The position numbers were made by a program, and so were the translations under genes. Under the pieces are notes generated by a model. The model saw only the letters and a list, made by a program, of their open reading frames with translations. It had not been told where the DNA came from and did not search any database. From NCBI GenBank assembly GCA_964371255.1, contig CAYJKV010000001.1, positions 163,140 to 227,139 on the forward strand: DNA of 64,000 nt, written 5' to 3'. Of this stretch, positions 20,968 to 29,369 are shown one piece after another. How positions within the stretch are numbered: position 1 is the first letter of the stretch; every line of letters begins with the position of its first letter. Origin of the DNA: an uncultured Candidatus Saccharibacteria bacterium. GTDB lineage: Bacteria > Patescibacteriota > Andersenbacteria > UBA10190.

Positions 20968-22119
20968 ATGCAGGGGTTACGTAATTTATTTGCCCTAAGG
21001 TCTAAACGGGAATTGATGGAACTCTATGGATTCTCTGTTCTATATTCCTTCGCGGCGGCATTGATCCTGATTTTCGAGCCGGTCTTCTTCTTTGTCGAAG
21101 GTTTTTCCTTGGCTTGGATTGCCGGTTATTACGCGGCCCATTATATCTTATACCTGATTTTATTGCCGATTGGAGCCAGGTTGGCCGGACGGTTTGGCAT
21201 GGAGAGGTCGCTGGCGGTTTCCATGCCGCTGTTTGTCGTTTATTTCTTAACATTGGCCACCATCCCAACCTTCCCAGGACTTTTTTATATGGCCTGGATC
21301 TTATTGTCGTTATTTAAGACGTTTTACTGGCCGGCTTACCATGCGGAGATTAGCAAGTTTGGTGACCAGAGAAACTTGGGAACAGAAATTTCTTGGTTGA
21401 TGGCTATTAATAGCGGGGTTGGCGTGTTCGGTCCCCTGATCGGCGGAGTGGTGGTGACAATATTCGGTTTTCCGGTGTTGTTTGTCATGGCAGCCTGTTT
21501 AGCATTAGTGGCAGGATTTCCTCTGCTGAGAACGAAAGAAAGGCTTAAACCAGTGAAAATTAAATATGCCACACCGTGGAAACTGTTGAGTCAGGACAGT
21601 CTAAGAATGGTGCGATGGGGAATGGCGGGCTGGGCGGCGGATTTAGTTTATTTGGTATTTTGGCCAATCATGATGTTTACTGTGCTAGGGACAGCCAGTT
21701 CACTTGGTTTAGTATCGTCACTGAATGCTTTGGTGATGACAGCGGTAGGTTTTGTAGTGGGTGAAGCCAGTGATCGGATGGCCAGACGGAAGATTTTGCG
21801 GTTTCATCTGCCCTTCATGGTGATTGGTTATCTGCTAGGTCCTTTGGCCGGTGGAGCGATGAGAGTGTTTCTCACGGACACTTTAATGAAGGTGTCTTAT
21901 GTCGGGGTGCAGTTACCTATGTGGTATCGACTTTATCAGCGGGGAGGGCGGGTGGGGCCTTTGTTATACGCCACGGTATTAGAGATGCTAATTTGTATAT
22001 TTAAGGCGTTGTGCGCGCTTGTCTTGGTCATAATATTTTCGACGACAGCGCCAGCGGCTGGATTAGGGATCGCGTTCGTGATGGCGGCGGTGATGAGTCT
22101 TTTCTTCGTGTTTATATAA
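20968..22119 (+). CDS. MFS transporter
   Basis: About 12 hydrophobic segments; motif A-like GARLAGRFG and GEASDRMARRK; GPLIGG. Confidence 0.85.
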   Translation: MQGLRNLFALRSKRELMELYGFSVLYSFAAALILIFEPVFFFVEGFSLAWIAGYYAAHYILYLILLPIGARLAGRFGMERSLAVSMPLFVVYFLTLATIPTFPGLFYMAWILLSLFKTFYWPAYHAEISKFGDQRNLGTEISWLMAINSGVGVFGPLIGGVVVTIFGFPVLFVMAACLALVAGFPLLRTKERLKPVKIKYATPWKLLSQDSLRMVRWGMAGWAADLVYLVFWPIMMFTVLGTASSLGLVSSLNALVMTAVGFVVGEASDRMARRKILRFHLPFMVIGYLLGPLAGGAMRVFLTDTLMKVSYVGVQLPMWYRLYQRGGRVGPLLYATVLEMLICIFKALCALVLVIIFSTTAPAAGLGIAFVMAAVMSLFFVFI

Positions 22120-22233
22120 AACTAACCTTGCTATCAGAAAGGTGTGGTATCTGGAGTGAGATGCGTCCCTTGGACCGCGTAGCGCGCGGGGCAGACACCC
22201 GCATGGGATTAACAAAATGGTATCAGGGGTTAG

Positions 22234-22316
22234 TGCCGGGAGTGGGACTCGAACCCACAAGGTCTAGGACCACACGCTTTTGAGGCGTGCGCGTATACCA
22301 GTTCCGCCATCCCGGC
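22234..22316 (-). tRNA. tRNA-Leu(CAA)
   Basis: Reverse complement GCCGGGATGGCGGAACTGGTATACGCGCACGCCTCAAAAGCGTGTGGTCCTAGACCTTGTGGGTTCGAGTCCCACTCCCGGCA; long variable arm, anticodon CAA, CCA not encoded. Confidence 0.95.
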
Positions 22317-22596
22317 TTGTTCATAAATTACAAGATGGCTGATGACTAGAATACATGGTTTTGTCGGCTAATTCCAGCTAGGTTGAGCGATGGGCTGGTA
22401 AAATGTGCCGCAGGCGCCTGCTCATGGTAATATAACAGAAGGCAGCGCTCTTAAGGTGTGAGTAAATTGTGATTAAGTTAGTTGTGCTTCAAGGCTGGAT
22501 GTGTCTACACTTAGGATATATTAAACGAGGAAATTTTTAATTTTATAGTGTCCTTCTTACTTATTTAGCATAAAGCGCAGCGCATAATGAAGTTAT

Positions 22597-23361
22597 ATGA
22601 GTGAAGTATTGGCGGTGACTAATCAAAAAGGGGGAGTAGGCAAAACGACCACCAGTATAAATTTGGGCAGTTACTTGGCGGCGGCAGGAGCTAAGGTGGC
22701 AATTATAGACTTGGACCCGCAGGCCAATGCCACATCAGGTCTGGGGATTAAGGTCACGGAGGAGACACCAACATTATACGAGGTGCTGACAGGCCAAGTG
22801 GATGCGACTAAAGCTTTGCAGGCGACCGATCATGATAATTTGAACATTATTCCGTCAAACACTAATTTGGCTGGAGCAGCGATTGAATTGATGGACAAGC
22901 CTTATCGGGAGTACAGATTGCGCCGGGCCGTAAGAGCCCTGAAGGAATATTATGATTTTATTTTAATTGATTGCCCGCCCAGTTTGGGATTATTAACGAT
23001 TAACGGTTTAGTGGCGGCAGATCGTTTGCTGATACCGGTCCAGTGTGAATTTTTTGCAGTGGAAGGCCTGAGCCAGTTGCTGGAAACAGTGGAGTTGGTC
23101 CGGGCTCACTTGAATCCCCGGCTGCAAGTATTGGGAGCGCTGCTGACTATGTATGATCGAAGAACGGCTATGGCGCGAAAAATTGTTAAGCAAGTGCGCC
23201 AGACCTTTCCGGGCCATGTGTTCGAAAGTGTCATACCGAGAAATACCGAGCTGGCGGAGGCGCCAAGTAAAGGCCGGTCTATTTTAGGTTATGCTAAGTA
23301 TTCGAGAGGGGCGAAAGCTTATGAATTTTTATCCGCTGAACTAATTAATCTATATAAATGA
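22597..23361 (+). CDS. parA: Chromosome partitioning ATPase ParA/Soj
   Basis: NQKGGVGKTTT, DLDPQANAT, IDCPPSLGLLT, LAEAPS. Confidence 0.96.
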   Translation: MSEVLAVTNQKGGVGKTTTSINLGSYLAAAGAKVAIIDLDPQANATSGLGIKVTEETPTLYEVLTGQVDATKALQATDHDNLNIIPSNTNLAGAAIELMDKPYREYRLRRAVRALKEYYDFILIDCPPSLGLLTINGLVAADRLLIPVQCEFFAVEGLSQLLETVELVRAHLNPRLQVLGALLTMYDRRTAMARKIVKQVRQTFPGHVFESVIPRNTELAEAPSKGRSILGYAKYSRGAKAYEFLSAELINLYK

Positions 23362-24761
23362 TGAAAAATGTATTTCGAGGGGGATTAAGATCATTAATAC
23401 CTAACCGTAAGGTGCAGGACGCTGATGAAGTGTTAGATGAATTAGAAGAAGATGAATTGGACCAAGAAGAGGAAACCGAAGAAGCAAAACCACGACGTAA
23501 GCTGCCAATTCAAGTGGAAGGTGAGCAAGGGGATGATGAAGAGATGACACAAGAGCAACCGATGGAAAAGCCTGGCGGCGGGCAGGAAGATGAAGAATTA
23601 TGGCAGGCGCCTGCCGCACCGAAGGTAACGCCGCTACGGATCGATTTTGATGACGATGAAGGGCCTGATCTGAGATTGCAACAAAAAAAGACTCGGCCTG
23701 CCAGTGCGCCAGTACCGGTAAAGCAAAAAGAAACCATAGCTAAAAAGGAAGAACTGGTCAGGGAGAAGAAGCCAGCAGCGGAAAATAAAACAGTAGAGCT
23801 GGAACAGGAAGTGAAGCGAGACGAAAAAGAGGCAACGGTAAACGTCAATCCACCAGTGAGTGTGGCAGCAAAACCGACCAGTGGAAATATTTGGGATAAA
23901 CACGAGGGAGATGTACAACACGTGAAAGTGGATGAAATTGGGATAAATCCGAACCAGCCGCGTCGCCAGTTTGATAAAGTCGATATGGGAGAGTTGAAAA
24001 GCTCGATTGCCCAACACGGCATATTGCAGCCGTTAGTGGTGCGACGCACGGAGGATGGATTTGAATTGGTGGCGGGAGAGCGGCGCCTGCGCGCGGCCAG
24101 GGATTTGGGTTGGGAAAAAGTACCGTGTGTGATCAGACGGGACGTGACCTCCGGGGCATCACGTTTAGAATTGGCGTTAATTGAGAATATTCAAAGAGAA
24201 GACTTGAATCCGGTGGAAGAAGCGTTGGCATACAAGCAACTCAATGAAGAATACGGGATGACGCATGAAGAGATTGGCGAGCGAGTGGGGCGGAGCCGAG
24301 TCGGCATAACTAATATTATTAGGGTGCTGCAGCTGCCGGAAGAAATACAGCGCGGGCTAATTGACAACAAGATCTCGCCGGGACATGCCAAGGCGATTTT
24401 GATGATACCGGACGAAGAAAAACAATTGCGCTTCTATCGGCACTTAGTGGAGGAAGGACTGACGGTTCGCAAGGCGGAAACCCGAGCCCGCCGGATCCAG
24501 CGAACGATGCGATTGGATGATCCAATGCGTCGGAAGCGCAAGGGCAGGACCGCGTTTGAGATGAAGTACAGCGGTGTGTTAGAAGACCGGTATGGTTTTG
24601 ATGCCAAGGTGCGGTTTGATGAGCACAAAAATCGTTATGAAGTAGTATTTCGATGCTTCAATAAGGATGAGATAGATCAGCTGCTTGGCCGTTTAACGGG
24701 AACAGAGTCGCTGCCAGAAGAAAGCCAAGATAAAGACGTGATTGAGGCAGACGAAGACTAG
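23358..24761 (+). CDS. parB: ParB/Spo0J partition protein with long acidic N-terminal linker
   Basis: NPNQPRR.F, GILQPLVV, LVAGERRLRAA, LIENIQREDLNPVEEA, HTH; overlaps the parA stop. Confidence 0.94.
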   Translation: MMKNVFRGGLRSLIPNRKVQDADEVLDELEEDELDQEEETEEAKPRRKLPIQVEGEQGDDEEMTQEQPMEKPGGGQEDEELWQAPAAPKVTPLRIDFDDDEGPDLRLQQKKTRPASAPVPVKQKETIAKKEELVREKKPAAENKTVELEQEVKRDEKEATVNVNPPVSVAAKPTSGNIWDKHEGDVQHVKVDEIGINPNQPRRQFDKVDMGELKSSIAQHGILQPLVVRRTEDGFELVAGERRLRAARDLGWEKVPCVIRRDVTSGASRLELALIENIQREDLNPVEEALAYKQLNEEYGMTHEEIGERVGRSRVGITNIIRVLQLPEEIQRGLIDNKISPGHAKAILMIPDEEKQLRFYRHLVEEGLTVRKAETRARRIQRTMRLDDPMRRKRKGRTAFEMKYSGVLEDRYGFDAKVRFDEHKNRYEVVFRCFNKDEIDQLLGRLTGTESLPEESQDKDVIEADED

Positions 24762-25131
24762 ATTACGTAATTTAAGATGGTAGCGGGGGAGTCTTATATT
24801 GTGTCACTTTTTTAAAAACCCCCCTACGGTATTGCAGGGCTGAGAGTGAAACGCATAATCCTTGATCCGAATTGTAGAGCATGGCTTAGGTTACGTCCTT
24901 AATGATCAGGGCATACATGTTATTAAGGATAGTTAGATTCCGTCGTCTTTGTCGCGTAACAATGTATCCCGTGCTTTGACCGGTCGACCGTCGAGGTAAT
25001 AACACCACGACTCACCGTCCTCAAATAGCTCTAGCGGCATGGGCTCTGTCATGTGTTGGTCGATCATTGGCAACCTCGATTGTTCAGGAAATAGATGGTA
25101 GGGACGGCGATGCAGTTGGAAGGCCTAGGAC

Positions 25132-25158
25132 AAAAAAACACCGCCAACGAGGACGGTG
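25132..25158 (-). terminator. Rho-independent terminator after the topA/25203 unit
   Basis: Minus strand CACCGTC-CTCGTT-GGCGGTG followed by a T7 run. Confidence 0.55.
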
Positions 25159-25202
25159 AATAACGAACAACAGAGTCATTTACGCTGCGAAGGCTGCCAC
25201 GC

Positions 25203-25574
25203 TCATACCCCGTCTCGATGCTGCCACGTTAGATGATTACCGTCATAGCCATCGGCAATCATAAGGCAGTTACCGTGCACAACATCAAGAACTGTGAACA
25301 GCGCAAAACCATAACAAAGGCGTGCTGGCAGCTCCTTGCCAATATTGTAGTGCGCTCCTTCGGGACCAGTAAGTGCTGGACCAGGTCCTACTTGGAGAAC
25401 AACAATACGATCTCCGGTCTGGTCAACAAAGGTTCCAAGAAACTTCAGGTAAGCACCTCCTCCATAACTCGAGTAGAAGTTTTCTTGGTTCTTGCCTTCA
25501 AGAGGAAAATCATACCCGATAAAGAGGCTAGTTGTCCTCAGCGGTCTACCTGCTCGGTCTTTCCACTCGCTCAT
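25203..25574 (-). CDS. Hypothetical protein
   Basis: ORF with ATG at 25574 preceded by GGAG and followed by a terminator. Confidence 0.55.
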   Translation of the reverse strand: MSEWKDRAGRPLRTTSLFIGYDFPLEGKNQENFYSSYGGGAYLKFLGTFVDQTGDRIVVLQVGPGPALTGPEGAHYNIGKELPARLCYGFALFTVLDVVHGNCLMIADGYDGNHLTWQHRDGV

Positions 25575-25761
25575 ATTAAGTCTCCAGTCCAGAAAGTGGT
25601 GATAAAACATGTGCTAGAACTTCGTGTCGTTGCTTGGTGTTGATCCAGCAACACAAGGCTGGATTGAGGTGGGAAGCGCGTTGGTGAATTGCATAGTGAA
25701 CAAGGGTATAGTATTACAGCCCAATCTATGGTTTGTCAACCTCACTGACAGATGTTGTGTT

Positions 25762-27999
25762 TTAGTCTGGAGCCGGGGCGGTGTAGCTGCATTCTTTATT
25801 GGAGCAGCGGACAGTATTTTTCGCGGCAAAAACGACCAGACTTTGGCACATCGGACACTTGTCGCCAGTTGGTTTGCTCCAGTAGGCATTCTCGCATTTG
25901 GGGTATTGGTTGCAGGCGTAGAAAACCCGGCCGCGTTTGGATTTTTTCTCGACGATGTCGCCTTCATTACATTTAGGACATTTTACACCGACGGTCTTTT
26001 CAATTTTCTTAATAAATTTGCAGTCGGGATAACCGGAGCAGCCCATAAACGGTCCGAAGCGGCCGCGCTTAAGAGTCAAGGGTTTGCCACAATCAGGACA
26101 GGTTTCTTTAGCGGCTAGTTGCTCCAATTCTTTATCCGGTCCGATGTTCTCGGTGAATTTACAGTCAGGATAATTGCTGCACGCTTTGAATTTACCGAAG
26201 CGTCCCAGTTTGATAACTAATTCATTCTGGCATTTAGGACATGACTCGCCGGTTTTTTCCTGGGTTAGTTCATCCTTATTGAGTTCTTTTTGTTTCTGCT
26301 TGATGGTCTTATGAAATGGTCCGTAGAATTCTTTAATAATTGGCTGCCATTTCTTTTTACCGGAGGCGATTTGATCTAAATCGGCTTCAACAAGAGCGGT
26401 AAAGTCAGTATCCACGATGGTGGGGAAATGATCTTTTAATAAATTAGTGACCAGTGTACCGATTTCGGTGGGTTCTAATCTTTTCGCGTCATTTTTTTGT
26501 ACGTACTCTCTTTTTTGAACGGTATCGATGGTGGGGGCATAGGTGCTTGGCCGGCCAATACCAAAGTGTTCCAATGCTTTAACGAGGGTGGCTTCCGAGT
26601 AGCGGGCGGGCGGCTCCGTAAAGTGTTGCTCGGGTGCGAGCTTGAGGAAATCCAGTTGATCTTTAGCGGCTAGCGCGGGCAGCAAGGCTTCCTTAAAGTA
26701 AGCTTTGTCCTGAGAGAAAGCACGGGTATAGCCGGGGAAAGCGATAGTGGTGCCAATAGCTTTAAATTGAAATGAGTGGTTGTCAGTCTGTTTAGCAGGA
26801 ACTGCGTCAATTAAAGCCGTGACCATTTTTAGTTTGGCATCAGCCATTTGGCTGGCAATCATGCGCTCCCAGATTAACCGATATAGTTTTAGTTGATCGG
26901 GAGAGAGATAGGCGGTGATTTGCTCCGGCAGGCGGGACGGTTTGGTGGGACGGATTGCCTCATGCGCTTCCTGCGCGCCCTTGGACTTGTTTTTGAATTT
27001 GCGAGCCTCCGGTAGAGCAAAGTCTGGTCCAAAATTTTGCGTGATAACGTCATGGGCTTGTTTTGTTGCCTCATCGGCGAGGCTGACAGAGTCAGTACGC
27101 ATATAAGTAATCAAACCGACGGGACCTTTGGCTCCGAGTTCGATACCTTCATATAACTGCTGGGCTAACATCATGGTTTTTTTACTGGAAAAACCAAGTT
27201 TACTAAAGGCTGTTTGCTGCAGCGTACTGGTGGTGAAAGGGGGCGGAGCAGATCGTTTCTTATCGGTCGTCGCAACATCGTTCACAATGTAGGCGGCTGA
27301 GCCGAGTGCTTTTAAGATGGTGTCCACTTCCGTTTTGGACTTAAGGTCCTTCTTGGCCACTTTTTGGCCGTTATTAATAAATATTTCGGCGGTAAAGGGT
27401 GTATCGTTCTTGGATAAATGAGCAGTCAAAGACCAATACTCTTCAGGTTTGAAAGCATTGATTTCTTCTTCGCGTTCGACGATCAAGCGGACCGCGACGG
27501 ATTGCACACGCCCAGCGGAAAGACCGCGACGGATTTTTTTCCAGAGCAGGGGGGAAAGTTCGTAACCAACTAGCCGATCTAGAATGCGGCGGGCTTGCTG
27601 CGCGTCCACCAAATTCTGATCGATGGAGCGGGGATTAGTAATGGCTTTTTGAATAGCCGACTTAGTAATTTCATCGAAAGTGATGCGTTGGCAGGTGGCG
27701 GGATCGGCGCCAAGAATGTTAGCCAGATGCCAGGCAATGGCTTCTCCTTCACGATCTTCGTCAGTGGCGAAGTAAATCTCGGCAGCGTGCTTGGCAGATT
27801 TTTTTAACGCCGCGACGTTTTTTTTCGCTTTGTCTGGAATAACATAGGTGGGCAAGAAGTTCTTTTTTGTATCGACGCCGAGTTTGCTTTTAGGCAGATC
27901 GCGGATATGGCCGTAACTGCTGGTTACCTTATATCCAGTGCCTAGATATTTCTGAATTGTTTTCGCTTTGGCCGGTGACTCGACAATGACTAATTTCAT
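25762..27999 (-). CDS. topA: DNA topoisomerase I
   Basis: LVIVESPAKAKTI, ATDEDREGEAIAWH, SAGRVQS, LITYMRTDS, C-terminal Zn ribbons. Confidence 0.98.
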   Translation of the reverse strand: MKLVIVESPAKAKTIQKYLGTGYKVTSSYGHIRDLPKSKLGVDTKKNFLPTYVIPDKAKKNVAALKKSAKHAAEIYFATDEDREGEAIAWHLANILGADPATCQRITFDEITKSAIQKAITNPRSIDQNLVDAQQARRILDRLVGYELSPLLWKKIRRGLSAGRVQSVAVRLIVEREEEINAFKPEEYWSLTAHLSKNDTPFTAEIFINNGQKVAKKDLKSKTEVDTILKALGSAAYIVNDVATTDKKRSAPPPFTTSTLQQTAFSKLGFSSKKTMMLAQQLYEGIELGAKGPVGLITYMRTDSVSLADEATKQAHDVITQNFGPDFALPEARKFKNKSKGAQEAHEAIRPTKPSRLPEQITAYLSPDQLKLYRLIWERMIASQMADAKLKMVTALIDAVPAKQTDNHSFQFKAIGTTIAFPGYTRAFSQDKAYFKEALLPALAAKDQLDFLKLAPEQHFTEPPARYSEATLVKALEHFGIGRPSTYAPTIDTVQKREYVQKNDAKRLEPTEIGTLVTNLLKDHFPTIVDTDFTALVEADLDQIASGKKKWQPIIKEFYGPFHKTIKQKQKELNKDELTQEKTGESCPKCQNELVIKLGRFGKFKACSNYPDCKFTENIGPDKELEQLAAKETCPDCGKPLTLKRGRFGPFMGCSGYPDCKFIKKIEKTVGVKCPKCNEGDIVEKKSKRGRVFYACNQYPKCENAYWSKPTGDKCPMCQSLVVFAAKNTVRCSNKECSYTAPAPD

Positions 28000-28148
28000 A
28001 AATTAAAAAAAATAGAAGGGACCGGGTGAAGTGCAATATAAATTAATCAATATTTGAATAGTATAGCGTATTGATATATGTAAATGGTATCTGGTGTCAA
28101 ATAGGAAATGAAAAAGTCAAAATCCAAATTATGAATATGTAGTTCTGA

Positions 28149-28184
28149 ATAACATTACGATATTATGTAATATCGTAATGTTAT
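28149..28184. promoter_or_regulatory. Conserved palindrome copy 1 (candidate operator/recombination site)
   Basis: ATAACATTACGATATTA-TG-TAATATCGTAATGTTAT, perfect 17-bp arms. Confidence 0.7.
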
Positions 28185-28215
28185 GAGAAAAGAATTGGCA
28201 TAATTTTAACCGGTT

Positions 28216-28247
28216 ATTATTACGATATTATGTAATATCATAATAAT
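28216..28247. promoter_or_regulatory. Conserved palindrome copy 2
   Basis: ATTATTACGATATTA-TG-TAATATCATAATAAT, one mismatch, centre 65 bp from copy 1. Confidence 0.65.
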
Positions 28248-28299
28248 CAGATAACAAGAAGCGGATTGGTAAATCGATGGATCAACTTTGAGCGGATGG

Positions 28300-29175
28300 T
28301 CATTTTTTCACATATTTCATGCCGCCGAGGTTGTCGACGGCGTCGATCAATTCTAGTTCGGTTAAGGTGACTGACAGGATGGGCGAGGGTAGACGGGTGA
28401 TAGATACTAACTGATCGACATGCAGAGGGGTGGAGGATAGAGCGGCCATGACAATTTTTTGCTGGTCGGTGAGAGTGGCTGCTAAAACGTGGTTTGCAGT
28501 GGCGACGACTGGATCAATGTTAAGCAGTGCGAAAACATCTTCGGCAGTCAGTAGGGGTGTGGCGCCTTGTTGTATAAGTTGATTTGTGCCGGCTGATAAT
28601 AAGTCTGTAATATTGCCGGGGATGGCAGCAACATCTCGACCGTATTCCAGCGCGAGACGGGCGGTGATAAGCGAGCCGGAGCGGGCGGCGGCTTGAACGA
28701 CTAACGTGGCCATCGTCAGACCGGCGATGATGCGGTTGCGAGCGGGGAAATGAAATTGCAGCGGGGCTGTGCCGGCAGGAAATTCTGAAATTATCACTCC
28801 GCCGTGGTCGATTATGGCGTTGGCGAGCTTCACATGGAGTCGAGGGTAAATTGAAGCATCGTCAATACCGGAGCCTAATACCGCAATAGTTGGCGTGTTA
28901 TTAGCGAGACACAAATTGTGGGCAATAGAATCGATGCCGTAGGCTAAACCGGAAACAAGCGGCACACCGTTTTTAACTAAAGGGGTTAACAGGCGCTCGA
29001 TGGCTTGTTTGCCATAGAAAGATGATTTACGACTGCCGACGACGGCGAGTAGGGGAGAAGCATTAAGAATGGCGGCGTTGCCTCGATAAAAAAGTGGAGT
29101 TGGCGGGTCGGAAATTTCATTCAGCAGGGCGGGGTAGAGAGGACTGTCGAGGGTAAGTGTCTGGATGTCGGACAT
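28300..29175 (-). CDS. dprA: DNA-processing protein DprA
   Basis: YP.LL.EI.DPP, AVVGSR, VSGLAYGID, FPARNRIIAGL, SGSLITA. Confidence 0.95.
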   Translation of the reverse strand: MSDIQTLTLDSPLYPALLNEISDPPTPLFYRGNAAILNASPLLAVVGSRKSSFYGKQAIERLLTPLVKNGVPLVSGLAYGIDSIAHNLCLANNTPTIAVLGSGIDDASIYPRLHVKLANAIIDHGGVIISEFPAGTAPLQFHFPARNRIIAGLTMATLVVQAAARSGSLITARLALEYGRDVAAIPGNITDLLSAGTNQLIQQGATPLLTAEDVFALLNIDPVVATANHVLAATLTDQQKIVMAALSSTPLHVDQLVSITRLPSPILSVTLTELELIDAVDNLGGMKYVKK

Positions 29176-29369
29176 GAATATAGTTTAACCTAAACAGCTT
29201 CAGTAATATAAATATTCGGTGATTACAGTCTAAGGTCCAATCATGTGTCCCCGCCCTAGACATAGCACTGCCCGCTGCGGACGAGAAAACCCTAATGACA
29301 AAAACACGGAAAAATTAAGACAAAATCCCACGAGCAAATTGGTATCAAAAGTTCAAGACGAAGGCGGGT

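Noticed and set aside
24762-25200. Possible RNase P RNA or TPP riboswitch in the gap after parB (GTGAAACG, CTGAGA, ATAGATG words)
   Set aside because: Only scattered short words. The conserved GAGGAAAGTCC / ACAGAA..CGGCTTA or TPP core spacing and helices could not be built.
28149-28247. Mini-CRISPR array (two ~32-36 bp palindromic repeats about 31 bp apart) or a dif site
   Set aside because: Only two imperfect copies, no cas genes or leader, and the same motif occurs singly elsewhere. It also lacks the asymmetric XerC/XerD arms of dif.
22400-28300. Canonical parS (TGTTTCACGTGAAACA) near parAB
   Set aside because: No match found by eye.
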